A stretch of 64,000 nucleotides of DNA, taken from positions 1-64,000 of the IMG/VR virus record IMGVR_UViG_3300044732_000293. One strand, written 5' to 3'. The DNA is from a virus. Below are positions 29,408-38,676 of the stretch, in pieces (the first letter of the stretch is position 1; every line of letters begins with the position of its first letter). The notes beneath the pieces are model-generated. The model was given only the letters and a program-made list of their open reading frames with translations. It searched no databases and was not told the DNA's origin. The translations under genes were made by a program, and so were the position numbers.

Positions 29408-29441
29408 AGCCCTGCCATTTCTATGGTGGGGCTATATTTTT
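29408..29441 (+). terminator. Probable Rho-independent terminator
   Basis: AGCCCTGCCAT-ttct-ATGGTGGGGCT hairpin (with G-U pairs) followed by ATATTTTT. Confidence 0.7.
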
Positions 29442-29527
29442 AAACCAATGTGGATATTATGTGTATAATAAAAGTTGTAAGTAATAATTTTACTCTAACT
29501 TTATACACCATATACTAAACTCTACTT

Positions 29528-30841
29528 ATGAATTTAATTAATCAGGTCTATGGGTCTCTTCGTTGGAAGAAAACAGATGAAGTCTGTGCAGCTAAATTAG
29601 GTATTTCTCTTCAAAAATACCAAGAAATTAAAAAACAAATTTATCAAACTAAGGAGCTTTTGCAAACTGAACTTGACAGTAGTCTTGTAGACATTGTTGG
29701 TAAAAGAATGTTAGAGCTTATTGATGATGAAACTATTAAGAATCAATATATCTTAGACCTTGAGAATCAATTAGTTGATGCTATTAATCAAAATAAAGAA
29801 AAGGTTGTTGAATTTAAAGAAAACCTAGAAGATGGTACAGCTGAGATTAAAGGTATAGCTTTTGCTGAACCTAAAAGTCCTGAAGAAATTATTAGAATTC
29901 TTAAGATAGATACTGAAAAGTGGAAGCTTAGTTCTTATTGGAATAAGCAACATAAAGATTACTGGTTGGTTTCAGCCATGGTTACCCAAAAGAAACCAGA
30001 GGCTCAGGATTTCTTAGCTGAGACTCTTAAAAATTTCAAGCCTAAATATACACCCGTTGCAAAGGTACTGGTAAATGACAAGTTTTCTGAATCCACTGTG
30101 GGGGTTTTGAGTATTCAAGACCTTCACTTTGGTAAAGAGAACAATGAGACTATTGTAGAAGATTTTAAAAAAGCTATAGAAAGTCTTGTTTTAAGATCTT
30201 ACCAATCACATCAAGTAGACAAGATTGTTTATGTTATAGGAGGAGACTTATTAAACATGGATACATTTCATGGTAGTACTACTTCTGGAACATTAGTTGA
30301 CTCAGACCAAAGAGCTCAGGATGCCTATAATGATGCATTTGAAGCTATGTACTGGTCTATTAACTATATTAAGCAATTCTGTAACACTTTGGATGTAGTG
30401 TACCTTCCTGGCAATCATGATAGATTATCTTCTTATCATCTAGTACATGCTTTATCTAAATGCTTTAATGACCTTAGTGTTAGATTTGATGCTGGGTATG
30501 CTGAAAGAAAAGTTGTAGTTTATGGTCAAAACTTTTTAGCTTTTGAACATGGCGATGTGACTAAGAAGATGACAGCTTTAGTTTATGCAACAGAGTTTCC
30601 AATTGAATGGGGACAAACTATGTATCGTACATGTTACACAGGACACTTTCATACTAAAAAAGTAACAGAGTTTGTAACAGATAATGAGATACATGGTTTC
30701 TCTATTAAACATCTACCTAGTCTTTGTAAATCAGATTACTGGCATTATCATAATAAGTTTACAGGTTCTAAGCGTCAAGCTGTTATGGAAATACATAGTA
30801 TTACTAAAGGTAAAATTTCTGAGTTTACCTATACAGCTTAA
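29528..30841 (+). CDS. Calcineurin-like metallophosphoesterase with N-terminal HTH-like/helical extension
   Basis: All five motifs present: DLHFG, GGDLLN, PGNHD, EHGD, GHFH. Confidence 0.85.
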   Translation: MNLINQVYGSLRWKKTDEVCAAKLGISLQKYQEIKKQIYQTKELLQTELDSSLVDIVGKRMLELIDDETIKNQYILDLENQLVDAINQNKEKVVEFKENLEDGTAEIKGIAFAEPKSPEEIIRILKIDTEKWKLSSYWNKQHKDYWLVSAMVTQKKPEAQDFLAETLKNFKPKYTPVAKVLVNDKFSESTVGVLSIQDLHFGKENNETIVEDFKKAIESLVLRSYQSHQVDKIVYVIGGDLLNMDTFHGSTTSGTLVDSDQRAQDAYNDAFEAMYWSINYIKQFCNTLDVVYLPGNHDRLSSYHLVHALSKCFNDLSVRFDAGYAERKVVVYGQNFLAFEHGDVTKKMTALVYATEFPIEWGQTMYRTCYTGHFHTKKVTEFVTDNEIHGFSIKHLPSLCKSDYWHYHNKFTGSKRQAVMEIHSITKGKISEFTYTA

Positions 30842-30897
30842 ACTTTAAAAGTTTAGCTAGGAAACTTCATAGATTTTTCGTAAATTATTAATGTAGA
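30840..30897 (+). promoter_or_regulatory. Tandem palindromic boxes plus promoter-like box
   Basis: AAACTTTAAAAGTTT (30840-30854), AAACTTCATAGATTT (30862-30876), TAAATTATTAATGTAGA (30881-30897). Confidence 0.65.
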
Positions 30898-30903
30898 ACT
30901 ATA

Positions 30904-31488
30904 GTGAAAATATACCAAAAGCCAGATTTAAACGCTCCTAGATACAGACCTAAAAAGTTAAACCTAACAAACACAGATTTTTATAACAGGTTTGTTGAGG
31001 AAAATCCTAAATATGCTTCTATAACTTATGATAAGTTTAAAGAGGTTATTAAAACTTTTAATGGTAAGATTTGGGAAACTGCAGTTAATGAAAGAGATGG
31101 TGTAGAATTACCTGAACAGCTTGGGTATATTTTTATTGGTACTTGTCCTAGATCTAAAAAGAAGAACACAGATTTTAAAAAGTCAGAACATTACGGGAAG
31201 ACTGTACAGAATCAAAATTGGGAATCAGATCAGTGTATTGCTAAAATATTCTATACCAATTTTGAAACTAAATATAGGTTTAAGCATAATGATATGTGGG
31301 GCTTTTCTGCTGTTAGAGATTTTAAAAGAACAGTGGCTAAAACATATCCTATAGAATGGAAAAAGTATGTGGTAGTAGATAACCTAGTAAGAGTGAGTCG
31401 GATTTTTAGAAAAGAGAAGTTTAAGGACTTTAAGAGAAATGAAACTATAGATTTATTAAAAGATTATGATGAGTTTAATTTAGACTAA
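30904..31488 (+). CDS. HU/IHF-like DNA-binding protein (crAss-like)
   Basis: GTG start; basic protein; helix followed by DGVELPEQLGYIFIG, an HU/IHF-type beta segment. Its position before the tail ring genes matches crAss-like phages. Confidence 0.6.
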   Translation: MKIYQKPDLNAPRYRPKKLNLTNTDFYNRFVEENPKYASITYDKFKEVIKTFNGKIWETAVNERDGVELPEQLGYIFIGTCPRSKKKNTDFKKSEHYGKTVQNQNWESDQCIAKIFYTNFETKYRFKHNDMWGFSAVRDFKRTVAKTYPIEWKKYVVVDNLVRVSRIFRKEKFKDFKRNETIDLLKDYDEFNLD

Positions 31489-31489
31489 T

Positions 31490-32164
31490 ATGTCAAAGAA
31501 TACAGTGGGAGATATCATCTCAAGAATACGTAGCCAAGTAAAAGCTGTGAGACAAGACTCTATGCTTACTGACCGTCTTATATATAGTTTTGTACTTAAG
31601 CATTCTAAATGGTTAATGAAACGTGAAGACAGTAAGAATAAGCTTATGGCTTTTTCTGGGGTTATGCAAACTATGGACCATGTTGAACTTGTAGAAGTTG
31701 ACAAGGTTCAAGCTATGTGTACTGGTTTAAGTTCTGATTGTACAATTAAAAGAACTAAAGCTAAGCTTCCAGTTTTCTTACAGGGTTATTACGGTCCTTT
31801 AGTAAGAACTGTAGCTTCTTTAGATGGTTCTGAGGAATTACAACCTATTCTTCCTACAACTTACTTAGCATTAAGTAAGAGTAAGAATTTTAAATATAAC
31901 AAGACTAAATACTACTGGTTCTTAGATAACTATATGTACTTTCCTAATCTTGATTGGGATGGTATACGTGTAGAAGGAATCTTTGAAGATGATATTAGTG
32001 CATATACATGTGCAGCTGATTCTTGTATTACAAGAACAGATTTGCAGTTTAATGTACCAGACTATCTTCACGGAGAAGTAGAAGCAGCTGTATTAAAAGA
32101 TCTTATTTCTATGTACCAATTACCTTCAGATATTTCTGCTGATAAACAAAATCCTTTAAGATAA
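31490..32164 (+). CDS. Tail ring / head-tail adaptor protein
   Basis: N-terminal helical TVGDIISRIR..., central beta region, C-terminal helix; synteny with crAss-like tail genes. Confidence 0.55.
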   Translation: MSKNTVGDIISRIRSQVKAVRQDSMLTDRLIYSFVLKHSKWLMKREDSKNKLMAFSGVMQTMDHVELVEVDKVQAMCTGLSSDCTIKRTKAKLPVFLQGYYGPLVRTVASLDGSEELQPILPTTYLALSKSKNFKYNKTKYYWFLDNYMYFPNLDWDGIRVEGIFEDDISAYTCAADSCITRTDLQFNVPDYLHGEVEAAVLKDLISMYQLPSDISADKQNPLR

Positions 32165-32165
32165 A

Positions 32166-32405
32166 ATGGCAAAAGCTTATAAAAAGTATATTCTTATTGA
32201 CCATGGTAATAATAGACATGTGTTTATTAATAGCCTTGGTGAACTAACTGCATGGTTTGCTGGTCAGACTCCTGCTGTAGATATTAGTACATTACCTGTA
32301 GATGGTACTGGTCTATTTACTACATTAAAACTTATCAGAACAGACAATGGGGTTATAGTACCAATTAAGAAAGTAGTTAACAACGCATCAGTTTGTTTTC
32401 AATAA
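32166..32405 (+). CDS. Hypothetical protein, 79 aa
   Basis: Tightly packed ORF in the tail operon. Confidence 0.5.
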   Translation: MAKAYKKYILIDHGNNRHVFINSLGELTAWFAGQTPAVDISTLPVDGTGLFTTLKLIRTDNGVIVPIKKVVNNASVCFQ

Positions 32406-32412
32406 TTAAGAA

Positions 32413-33294
32413 ATGAATACAGAATTAAAATATAGAACCTTTGATGAACTCTTAGATGAGGTATCTGTAGACTTTAAAGTTTATAGTAATGAAGGTATGA
32501 TTGAACCTGGAGAACTTATCAAGGTGGCTCAAAGAGTTACTTATGATCTTGGTTTACGTATCCACAAAACAAAGGAAGTTATTTTAGATGTTGAAAAAAG
32601 AAGGGCTAAATTACCTGATGATTTTTATGTGGTAAATTATGCAATGCTAATTGGTAGATATAAAATTAGTACTCCAGCTATTCAAGGTGATCAAAGAGAA
32701 TCCGTATGTGTAGCATCTGTATGTAGAAAATGTCATGGTAATTCTAATGAATGTGGCTGTGATGATCTTTATTCTGTAGCTGTAGATGTACATGGTGATG
32801 ACTCAGGAAGTTTAGTACTAGTACAAAAGATTAAGTCAGAAACTAGAGTGTATGATCATTTTGAAAGAATTCATTTAGGTGGAGGTAAGTATTTACAAAA
32901 TGATGAGTTACATGGTGATAGACCGTGTCCTAATAATGGAGAAATAAAAAATGGATATATTTATACTAATTTACAAGAGGGTAAAATATATCTTTCCTAT
33001 GAAGGAGCATTAGAAGATGATGAAGGTAATTTACTTGTGTTAGATCATCCAATGATTAATGAGTATTATGAGTATGCGTTAAAACAACGTATTCTAGAAA
33101 ACTTATTTATGTCAGGTGAAGAAGTTTCTCAAAAGATGCAACTAATTGAAACTAGATTAAGAGCTGCAAGAAATTATGCACTTACTATTGTTAATACTCC
33201 AAACTTCTCAGAAATGAAAAAGTTATGGGAAATGAATCGTAGAGCTCAGTATAATAAATATTATGATATGTTCAAGTCTGGACCACAATTTTAA
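32413..33294 (+). CDS. Tail tubular/ring protein (P22 gp4-like, crAss-type)
   Basis: LPDDFY..., IYLSY.G..EDDEGNLLV motifs; lies upstream of the muzzle gene. Confidence 0.6.
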   Translation: MNTELKYRTFDELLDEVSVDFKVYSNEGMIEPGELIKVAQRVTYDLGLRIHKTKEVILDVEKRRAKLPDDFYVVNYAMLIGRYKISTPAIQGDQRESVCVASVCRKCHGNSNECGCDDLYSVAVDVHGDDSGSLVLVQKIKSETRVYDHFERIHLGGGKYLQNDELHGDRPCPNNGEIKNGYIYTNLQEGKIYLSYEGALEDDEGNLLVLDHPMINEYYEYALKQRILENLFMSGEEVSQKMQLIETRLRAARNYALTIVNTPNFSEMKKLWEMNRRAQYNKYYDMFKSGPQF

Positions 33295-33299
33295 TTTTT

Positions 33300-33662
33300 A
33301 TGAAAGTAACTACTACTATTAAACTACCTACATACAGTTGTGAACTTGTTGTACTTATAGTAGATAGTGTAGCTGAAGAAGCTGAAAAGCTTTACAAGAA
33401 ATATAAGTTAAAAGAAGACTTTGGAGATGAAGCAGAGGGAGCTGTAATTATGTTAGATATAGATAAATATTATCTTTTAATAGGTAACAAGTTTTTATCT
33501 CATAATACATTAGCTCATGAAATATACCATGCTGTAGTTAGAGTAACAGAAGATAGAGGAATTTTAGAAGAAGAAGCTCAAGCGTGGTTAGCCGGTCATG
33601 TAACTGGCGTTATTTATAAATTTTTACATAAGAAGAATCTTGTTATAACTCATGGCAGATAA
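33300..33662 (+). CDS. Small zincin-like metallopeptidase
   Basis: LAHEIYHAV (HExxH) and a downstream EEEAQAWL with a candidate third Glu ligand. Confidence 0.6.
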   Translation: MKVTTTIKLPTYSCELVVLIVDSVAEEAEKLYKKYKLKEDFGDEAEGAVIMLDIDKYYLLIGNKFLSHNTLAHEIYHAVVRVTEDRGILEEEAQAWLAGHVTGVIYKFLHKKNLVITHGR

Positions 33663-36600
33663 CACACAACAGAATCCGGGAGCTACTACCAATACCTTTA
33701 ATAAAGGGATGGTAAAAGATTATAACGAGACTTTCGTAGGAGAAGGTTTATGGACGCATGCTCGTAATGCTGTGAACAATTCTCATGACGGTCAAGTTGG
33801 AGTTCTTGGTAATGAGCCAGGTAATACATTGTGTGCTCAACTTCCTTATACACTCATAGGGTCTATACATCTTAATGATGATCAATGGGCTGTCTTTACA
33901 ACTGATGATGTTAACTCAGAGATAGGAATCTTTGATGAATCTGAATGTTCTTATAGAAAGGTAGTTAATGATCCAGGTCTTAATTTTAATAGAGCTAATT
34001 TAATTACAGGAGCTTATCGTAAAAGATATGACTGTGAAAGATTAATCTATTGGGATGATGGTATTAATCCATCAAGGGTTATGGATATTGATAATCCTCC
34101 ATACATGTTTGTTCCTGAAAGAGCTGGAGATTCTGTATCAAGACATTATAAATTAGTAGCTGGAGCCTGTGGAGATGGAACAGGTGTTACAGTAGTTACT
34201 TATAAAGATACTAATGGAGCTAAAAAAGTTGTTAGAGTTCCAGCTAATCAAACATATCAATTTGCTACATGGGATAAAGGATCGGTTTCTGTAAAACAAG
34301 AAACATGTAAACCTCTTCCATGTTATAATACTACGGTTACTCAGAAATTACTTGATGGACGTAAGAGTGAATACAGAACTTGTATGTCTATAAAAGAAGC
34401 TAGGGAGATTCAGTTTCCTGGAGGTAAGTTAGATCCTAATATTAAAGTTGTACAAAAGACTGATGAAGGATGTGAGTGTAGTTTTTATGATGACAATGAT
34501 ATAACTGTTTACAGTTTAACTGATATTACTAGTCAGTTTTTAACAGACGTTGGAGAAAATTGTATACTTAAAAAATATACAGATCAGCTTGATACTGAGA
34601 GACTTAGACTAGTTCCTTTTTTAACACATCCTTGTTTGTCTTTACAAAAAGGAAAGGTGGCAGGTACATTACCTAATGGTTCTTACCAAGTGGTAATGGC
34701 TTACACAATTAATCAGAATAAGATATCTGATTATATTGGATTCTCTGATATACAATCATTATTTTCTCATGAGAATTTAAACGGATCTCTTGAGTTAACT
34801 ATATCTAGTATAGACGTAGATTTTGATGAATTTGAATTAGTAATACTTTCTACAGTTAATGGTCAAACAACTGCTAAGAAGTTAGGAATATACTATACTA
34901 CTCAGAAGACTATTTATATTGATCAGATTCCAGCAGATGCTATTAGTATTCCCATTAGTAACATCCCATTAAGATCTGAACCTATAGATAAGACTGATGC
35001 TATGTACACTGTAAATAACTACTTGTTAAGAGTAGGTACTTATAGTAAGTTTCAATTTAACTATCAGTTACAAGCTAATAAGATTAAAACTTCTTGGGTT
35101 GCTGTAAAGTATCCAGAAGATTATTATAGAAAAGGTGGTAATAATACTACCTATATGAGAGATGAACAATATGCTTTCTTCATTCGTTGGATTTACAACA
35201 CAGGAGAACGTAGTGCGTCTTTTCATATTCCAGGTAGATTTTCAGATCCTAGTGATTTACAAACAGCTATTGGTCAAGATGCTTTTGAAACAAGAGATGG
35301 AGTACCTAGACTTAATTGGCAAGTTAAAAACACAGCTAGCGTAACAGCACTATCTAACACTCCTTTAGGAGATGGTGGTACTATTATTGCAAAAGGACTT
35401 ATGGGTTATTGGGAATCTAATGAGATTTATCCAGCTGATAAACCAGAACTTTGGGGACCATTATGTGGTGCTCAGATTAGACACCATAAATTTCCTGATG
35501 TAACAACGCATCCTGCTCTTAATCATGTAGTAGATAATGGATCTAATATCGTAGTGCTAGGTGTACAATTTGAAAACATTACTCATCCTGTAGACAACTA
35601 TGGTAATGATATACCAGAAATAGTAGGATACGAAATACTTCGTGGATCTAGAGAAGGACAGAAATCTATTGTGGCTAAAGGTATGTTTTCTAATATGAGA
35701 GAGTATGCTATTCCAGGTAATAGTTCTATAAAAGGTTTATATCAAAATTATCCTTATAATGATTTAAGAGCTGATTCTCTTTTAACTTCTGATAGAAATA
35801 TATTTGAAAAAGGAAGTGCTGATATTAATTTAGGATATCCTTTAACAGGATATAAGAAAGATCACTTTTCTTTTCATAGTCCAGATACTACATTCTCAAA
35901 ACCTTTTTTATCTTTTAATGAAGCTAAAATTGAAACTGAAATATATGGTCAAGTAGAAGGAACTTTTTCAACTCCTTATAAGCATCCTAAGTTTAAATTG
36001 CTTACTAACTTTAGTTCTAGTTTAGCTAGTATTGTTGGTACTATTGCTTCTTTAGGGAACTACTTAGGAGCTATTGCTAATGATAGTAATATTGCTTTAC
36101 AAGGAACAAATGAATTACCATATACTAAAAAACTTACTCTTCAAAAAGTTACTAACCATGCTCTTACTTTTGGTGGTGGTGGAAGCTTTTTAGGAACAGG
36201 TGGTAGTGCTACAGTATCTGTACCTAACCCTGTAATTGTTGCTTATAATACTGCTATTGGAATTTATAATGCTGCTGTAGCTATTGCAATGACTTACATT
36301 GAAGCTCAAACTACTGGTGAACAGTTATTTAGAATTATGTATGCTCTTGTACCAAGAAGACAGTTTGCTCTTCAGTATGATAGTCATGCGTATTTTAATA
36401 ATTTCAAACCTGTTTACGTAGGTAACCAAAGACGTAAAGTAGAAAATGCGGTTTATGTAAGTCCTGATATTCAGGGATTTGATGCTAACTATCAAATTAA
36501 TAACTTACATAGAAGTAATTATGTAGCTATTAAATTAGGTCAAGATATTTCTGATCCTACTACACAAGATACTTCTAGATTTAGAATTGGTGAAAAAGGT

Positions 36601-38676
36601 GGTAAATTAGATACTCCTGTAACTTCTACGGCATCAGCATTTTATGGTTCTCTTAAAGTGAGTATACCATCTCAGTATGGTCAACTTGAAAGTATTAAAC
36701 AAATACCTATTTCTAACTGTATTCGTGAAGTGGTTGCAGGTACTCAAGCTAAGTATAAAACAGATGTTCTATTTGGTGGAGATGTGTACATTAATAGATT
36801 TACAGAAAAGAATCCTTTCTTTTTCTTTAACTCATGGTTAATGGGTGAACCAGATGAAATGGAATATGATTATAGAAACTATGGTAACGTAGCATACCCT
36901 AGATTCTGGGTAGATAGTAATAAAACTACATTTAGATTATTTAATGCTGCTAGTAATAATAGACATTTAGATGAAAGAGAAAGTGATCTTTTCTATGTAA
37001 AGAAAGGATATTTCTATTTATTCTTTAACGGGGTAAAAGATTTCTTCTGTGAGTCTGAGGTTAATACAGCTAATAGAGATTGGGAAGATGTAATGAACAA
37101 GCGTCATTATGATCCGCATAGATTTACAGATTATAGAGCTTTATTTAGATCCGACTTTATTAAAGATGGTAACTATTATAAGTATGACTATTCTTTAAGT
37201 GTATCTAAATTATACTCTAACTATATTTCTTGGGGTAATATATTACCAAGAGACTATGATCCTAAAGTGGCTGAGACATGTTATGTGTACAGACCTAATA
37301 GAGTTATTTATTCTTTACCACAGGAATCAGAACTTAAAAAAGATAATTGGAGAATATTCTTAGCTAATAACTATAAATCATTCCAATCTAAAGTTACAGC
37401 TATTAAACCTATAAATAAAACAGGTGCTTTGTTCATGATGAACTACATGAGTCCTATGCAGTTTGTAGGTGTAGATACGGTACAGACAGATGTTGGTACT
37501 AAACTTACTGTAGGAGATGGTGGTTTATTTAATCAAGCTCTTCAAAATTTAGTTAACACAGATGACTCTTATGAGTATGGTTCTAACCAAAGTAAGTTTT
37601 CATCTGTATCAACTCCTTACGGTGTAACATGGGTTAGTCAGAATCAAGGAAAGATATTTAACTATGCTGGCGGACTAGAAGAGATTTCTAAGAATGGGAT
37701 GAAATGGTGGTTTGCTAAATACTTACCTAGTGATTTATTAAAGGTGTATCCAAATTATCCTTTACATGATAATCCTGTAAAAGGTGTAGGTGTTCAAGTG
37801 ATCTATGATAATACTAATGAGATTATATACATTACTAAAAAAGACTTTAAGCCTAAACGTAGTGATTACGTATATGATAGCGATGGTTGTTTTTATATAT
37901 CATCTAATAATGTAAAGACTGAAATACATCTTACAAATAAGGAATACTTTGAAGATGCTAGCTGGACTATATCATATGATCCTAAAGCTAAGAGTTGGTT
38001 AAGTTTCCATGACTGGGAACCCACTTTTATGTTACCAGGTAAGTCTCATTTCATGTCTGTTAACAAGGATACTATATGGAAGCATAATATGAAAACAGAT
38101 GAATTCTGTAACTTCTACGATATAGACTATCCATTTGAGGTTGAGTTTATTTCTGCAACAGGTCAGCAGGTTAATAGCCTTAGAAGTGTTGAATATATGT
38201 TAGAGGCTTATAAGTATTCTAATGATGGTAAAGATAAGTTCCATGTATTAGATGAAAACTTTGATCAGGCTATTATATATAATTCTGAGCAAGTATCTGG
38301 TCTTCTTGAATTAGAAATTAAACCTAAAGGAAATCCTTTCTTAGCATTAAGCTATCCTATAGTTAATAGTGATTATATTAAGATCTTATTTGCTAAAGAA
38401 GAAAATAAATATAGATTTAACCAATTTTTTGATATTACAAAAGACCGTGGTGAATTTGATACATCTGGTTTAGTTCATCCTTCTATGTTTAATACAAAGG
38501 CTAATGGTTATGAATTTAATATTAATCCTGCATATGTAAACTATAAGAAGGCTGTAACAGAACGTAAGAAATTCCGTCATAATGTAAACAGAGTGTTTTT
38601 AAAGAAACATGTGAGTGGTGATGTTAAATTACTATTTAAATTATCTAATCAGAAATTACAAAGTTCTTTACGATGA
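33652..38676 (+). CDS. Tail stabilisation / muzzle protein (P22 gp10-like, crAss-type), 1674 aa
   Basis: N-terminal NTFNKGMVKD..HARNA, RDEQYAFFIRW, GGDVYINRF and SWTISYDP..WLSFHDW; size and synteny fit. Confidence 0.75.
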   Translation: MADNTQQNPGATTNTFNKGMVKDYNETFVGEGLWTHARNAVNNSHDGQVGVLGNEPGNTLCAQLPYTLIGSIHLNDDQWAVFTTDDVNSEIGIFDESECSYRKVVNDPGLNFNRANLITGAYRKRYDCERLIYWDDGINPSRVMDIDNPPYMFVPERAGDSVSRHYKLVAGACGDGTGVTVVTYKDTNGAKKVVRVPANQTYQFATWDKGSVSVKQETCKPLPCYNTTVTQKLLDGRKSEYRTCMSIKEAREIQFPGGKLDPNIKVVQKTDEGCECSFYDDNDITVYSLTDITSQFLTDVGENCILKKYTDQLDTERLRLVPFLTHPCLSLQKGKVAGTLPNGSYQVVMAYTINQNKISDYIGFSDIQSLFSHENLNGSLELTISSIDVDFDEFELVILSTVNGQTTAKKLGIYYTTQKTIYIDQIPADAISIPISNIPLRSEPIDKTDAMYTVNNYLLRVGTYSKFQFNYQLQANKIKTSWVAVKYPEDYYRKGGNNTTYMRDEQYAFFIRWIYNTGERSASFHIPGRFSDPSDLQTAIGQDAFETRDGVPRLNWQVKNTASVTALSNTPLGDGGTIIAKGLMGYWESNEIYPADKPELWGPLCGAQIRHHKFPDVTTHPALNHVVDNGSNIVVLGVQFENITHPVDNYGNDIPEIVGYEILRGSREGQKSIVAKGMFSNMREYAIPGNSSIKGLYQNYPYNDLRADSLLTSDRNIFEKGSADINLGYPLTGYKKDHFSFHSPDTTFSKPFLSFNEAKIETEIYGQVEGTFSTPYKHPKFKLLTNFSSSLASIVGTIASLGNYLGAIANDSNIALQGTNELPYTKKLTLQKVTNHALTFGGGGSFLGTGGSATVSVPNPVIVAYNTAIGIYNAAVAIAMTYIEAQTTGEQLFRIMYALVPRRQFALQYDSHAYFNNFKPVYVGNQRRKVENAVYVSPDIQGFDANYQINNLHRSNYVAIKLGQDISDPTTQDTSRFRIGEKGGKLDTPVTSTASAFYGSLKVSIPSQYGQLESIKQIPISNCIREVVAGTQAKYKTDVLFGGDVYINRFTEKNPFFFFNSWLMGEPDEMEYDYRNYGNVAYPRFWVDSNKTTFRLFNAASNNRHLDERESDLFYVKKGYFYLFFNGVKDFFCESEVNTANRDWEDVMNKRHYDPHRFTDYRALFRSDFIKDGNYYKYDYSLSVSKLYSNYISWGNILPRDYDPKVAETCYVYRPNRVIYSLPQESELKKDNWRIFLANNYKSFQSKVTAIKPINKTGALFMMNYMSPMQFVGVDTVQTDVGTKLTVGDGGLFNQALQNLVNTDDSYEYGSNQSKFSSVSTPYGVTWVSQNQGKIFNYAGGLEEISKNGMKWWFAKYLPSDLLKVYPNYPLHDNPVKGVGVQVIYDNTNEIIYITKKDFKPKRSDYVYDSDGCFYISSNNVKTEIHLTNKEYFEDASWTISYDPKAKSWLSFHDWEPTFMLPGKSHFMSVNKDTIWKHNMKTDEFCNFYDIDYPFEVEFISATGQQVNSLRSVEYMLEAYKYSNDGKDKFHVLDENFDQAIIYNSEQVSGLLELEIKPKGNPFLALSYPIVNSDYIKILFAKEENKYRFNQFFDITKDRGEFDTSGLVHPSMFNTKANGYEFNINPAYVNYKKAVTERKKFRHNVNRVFLKKHVSGDVKLLFKLSNQKLQSSLR

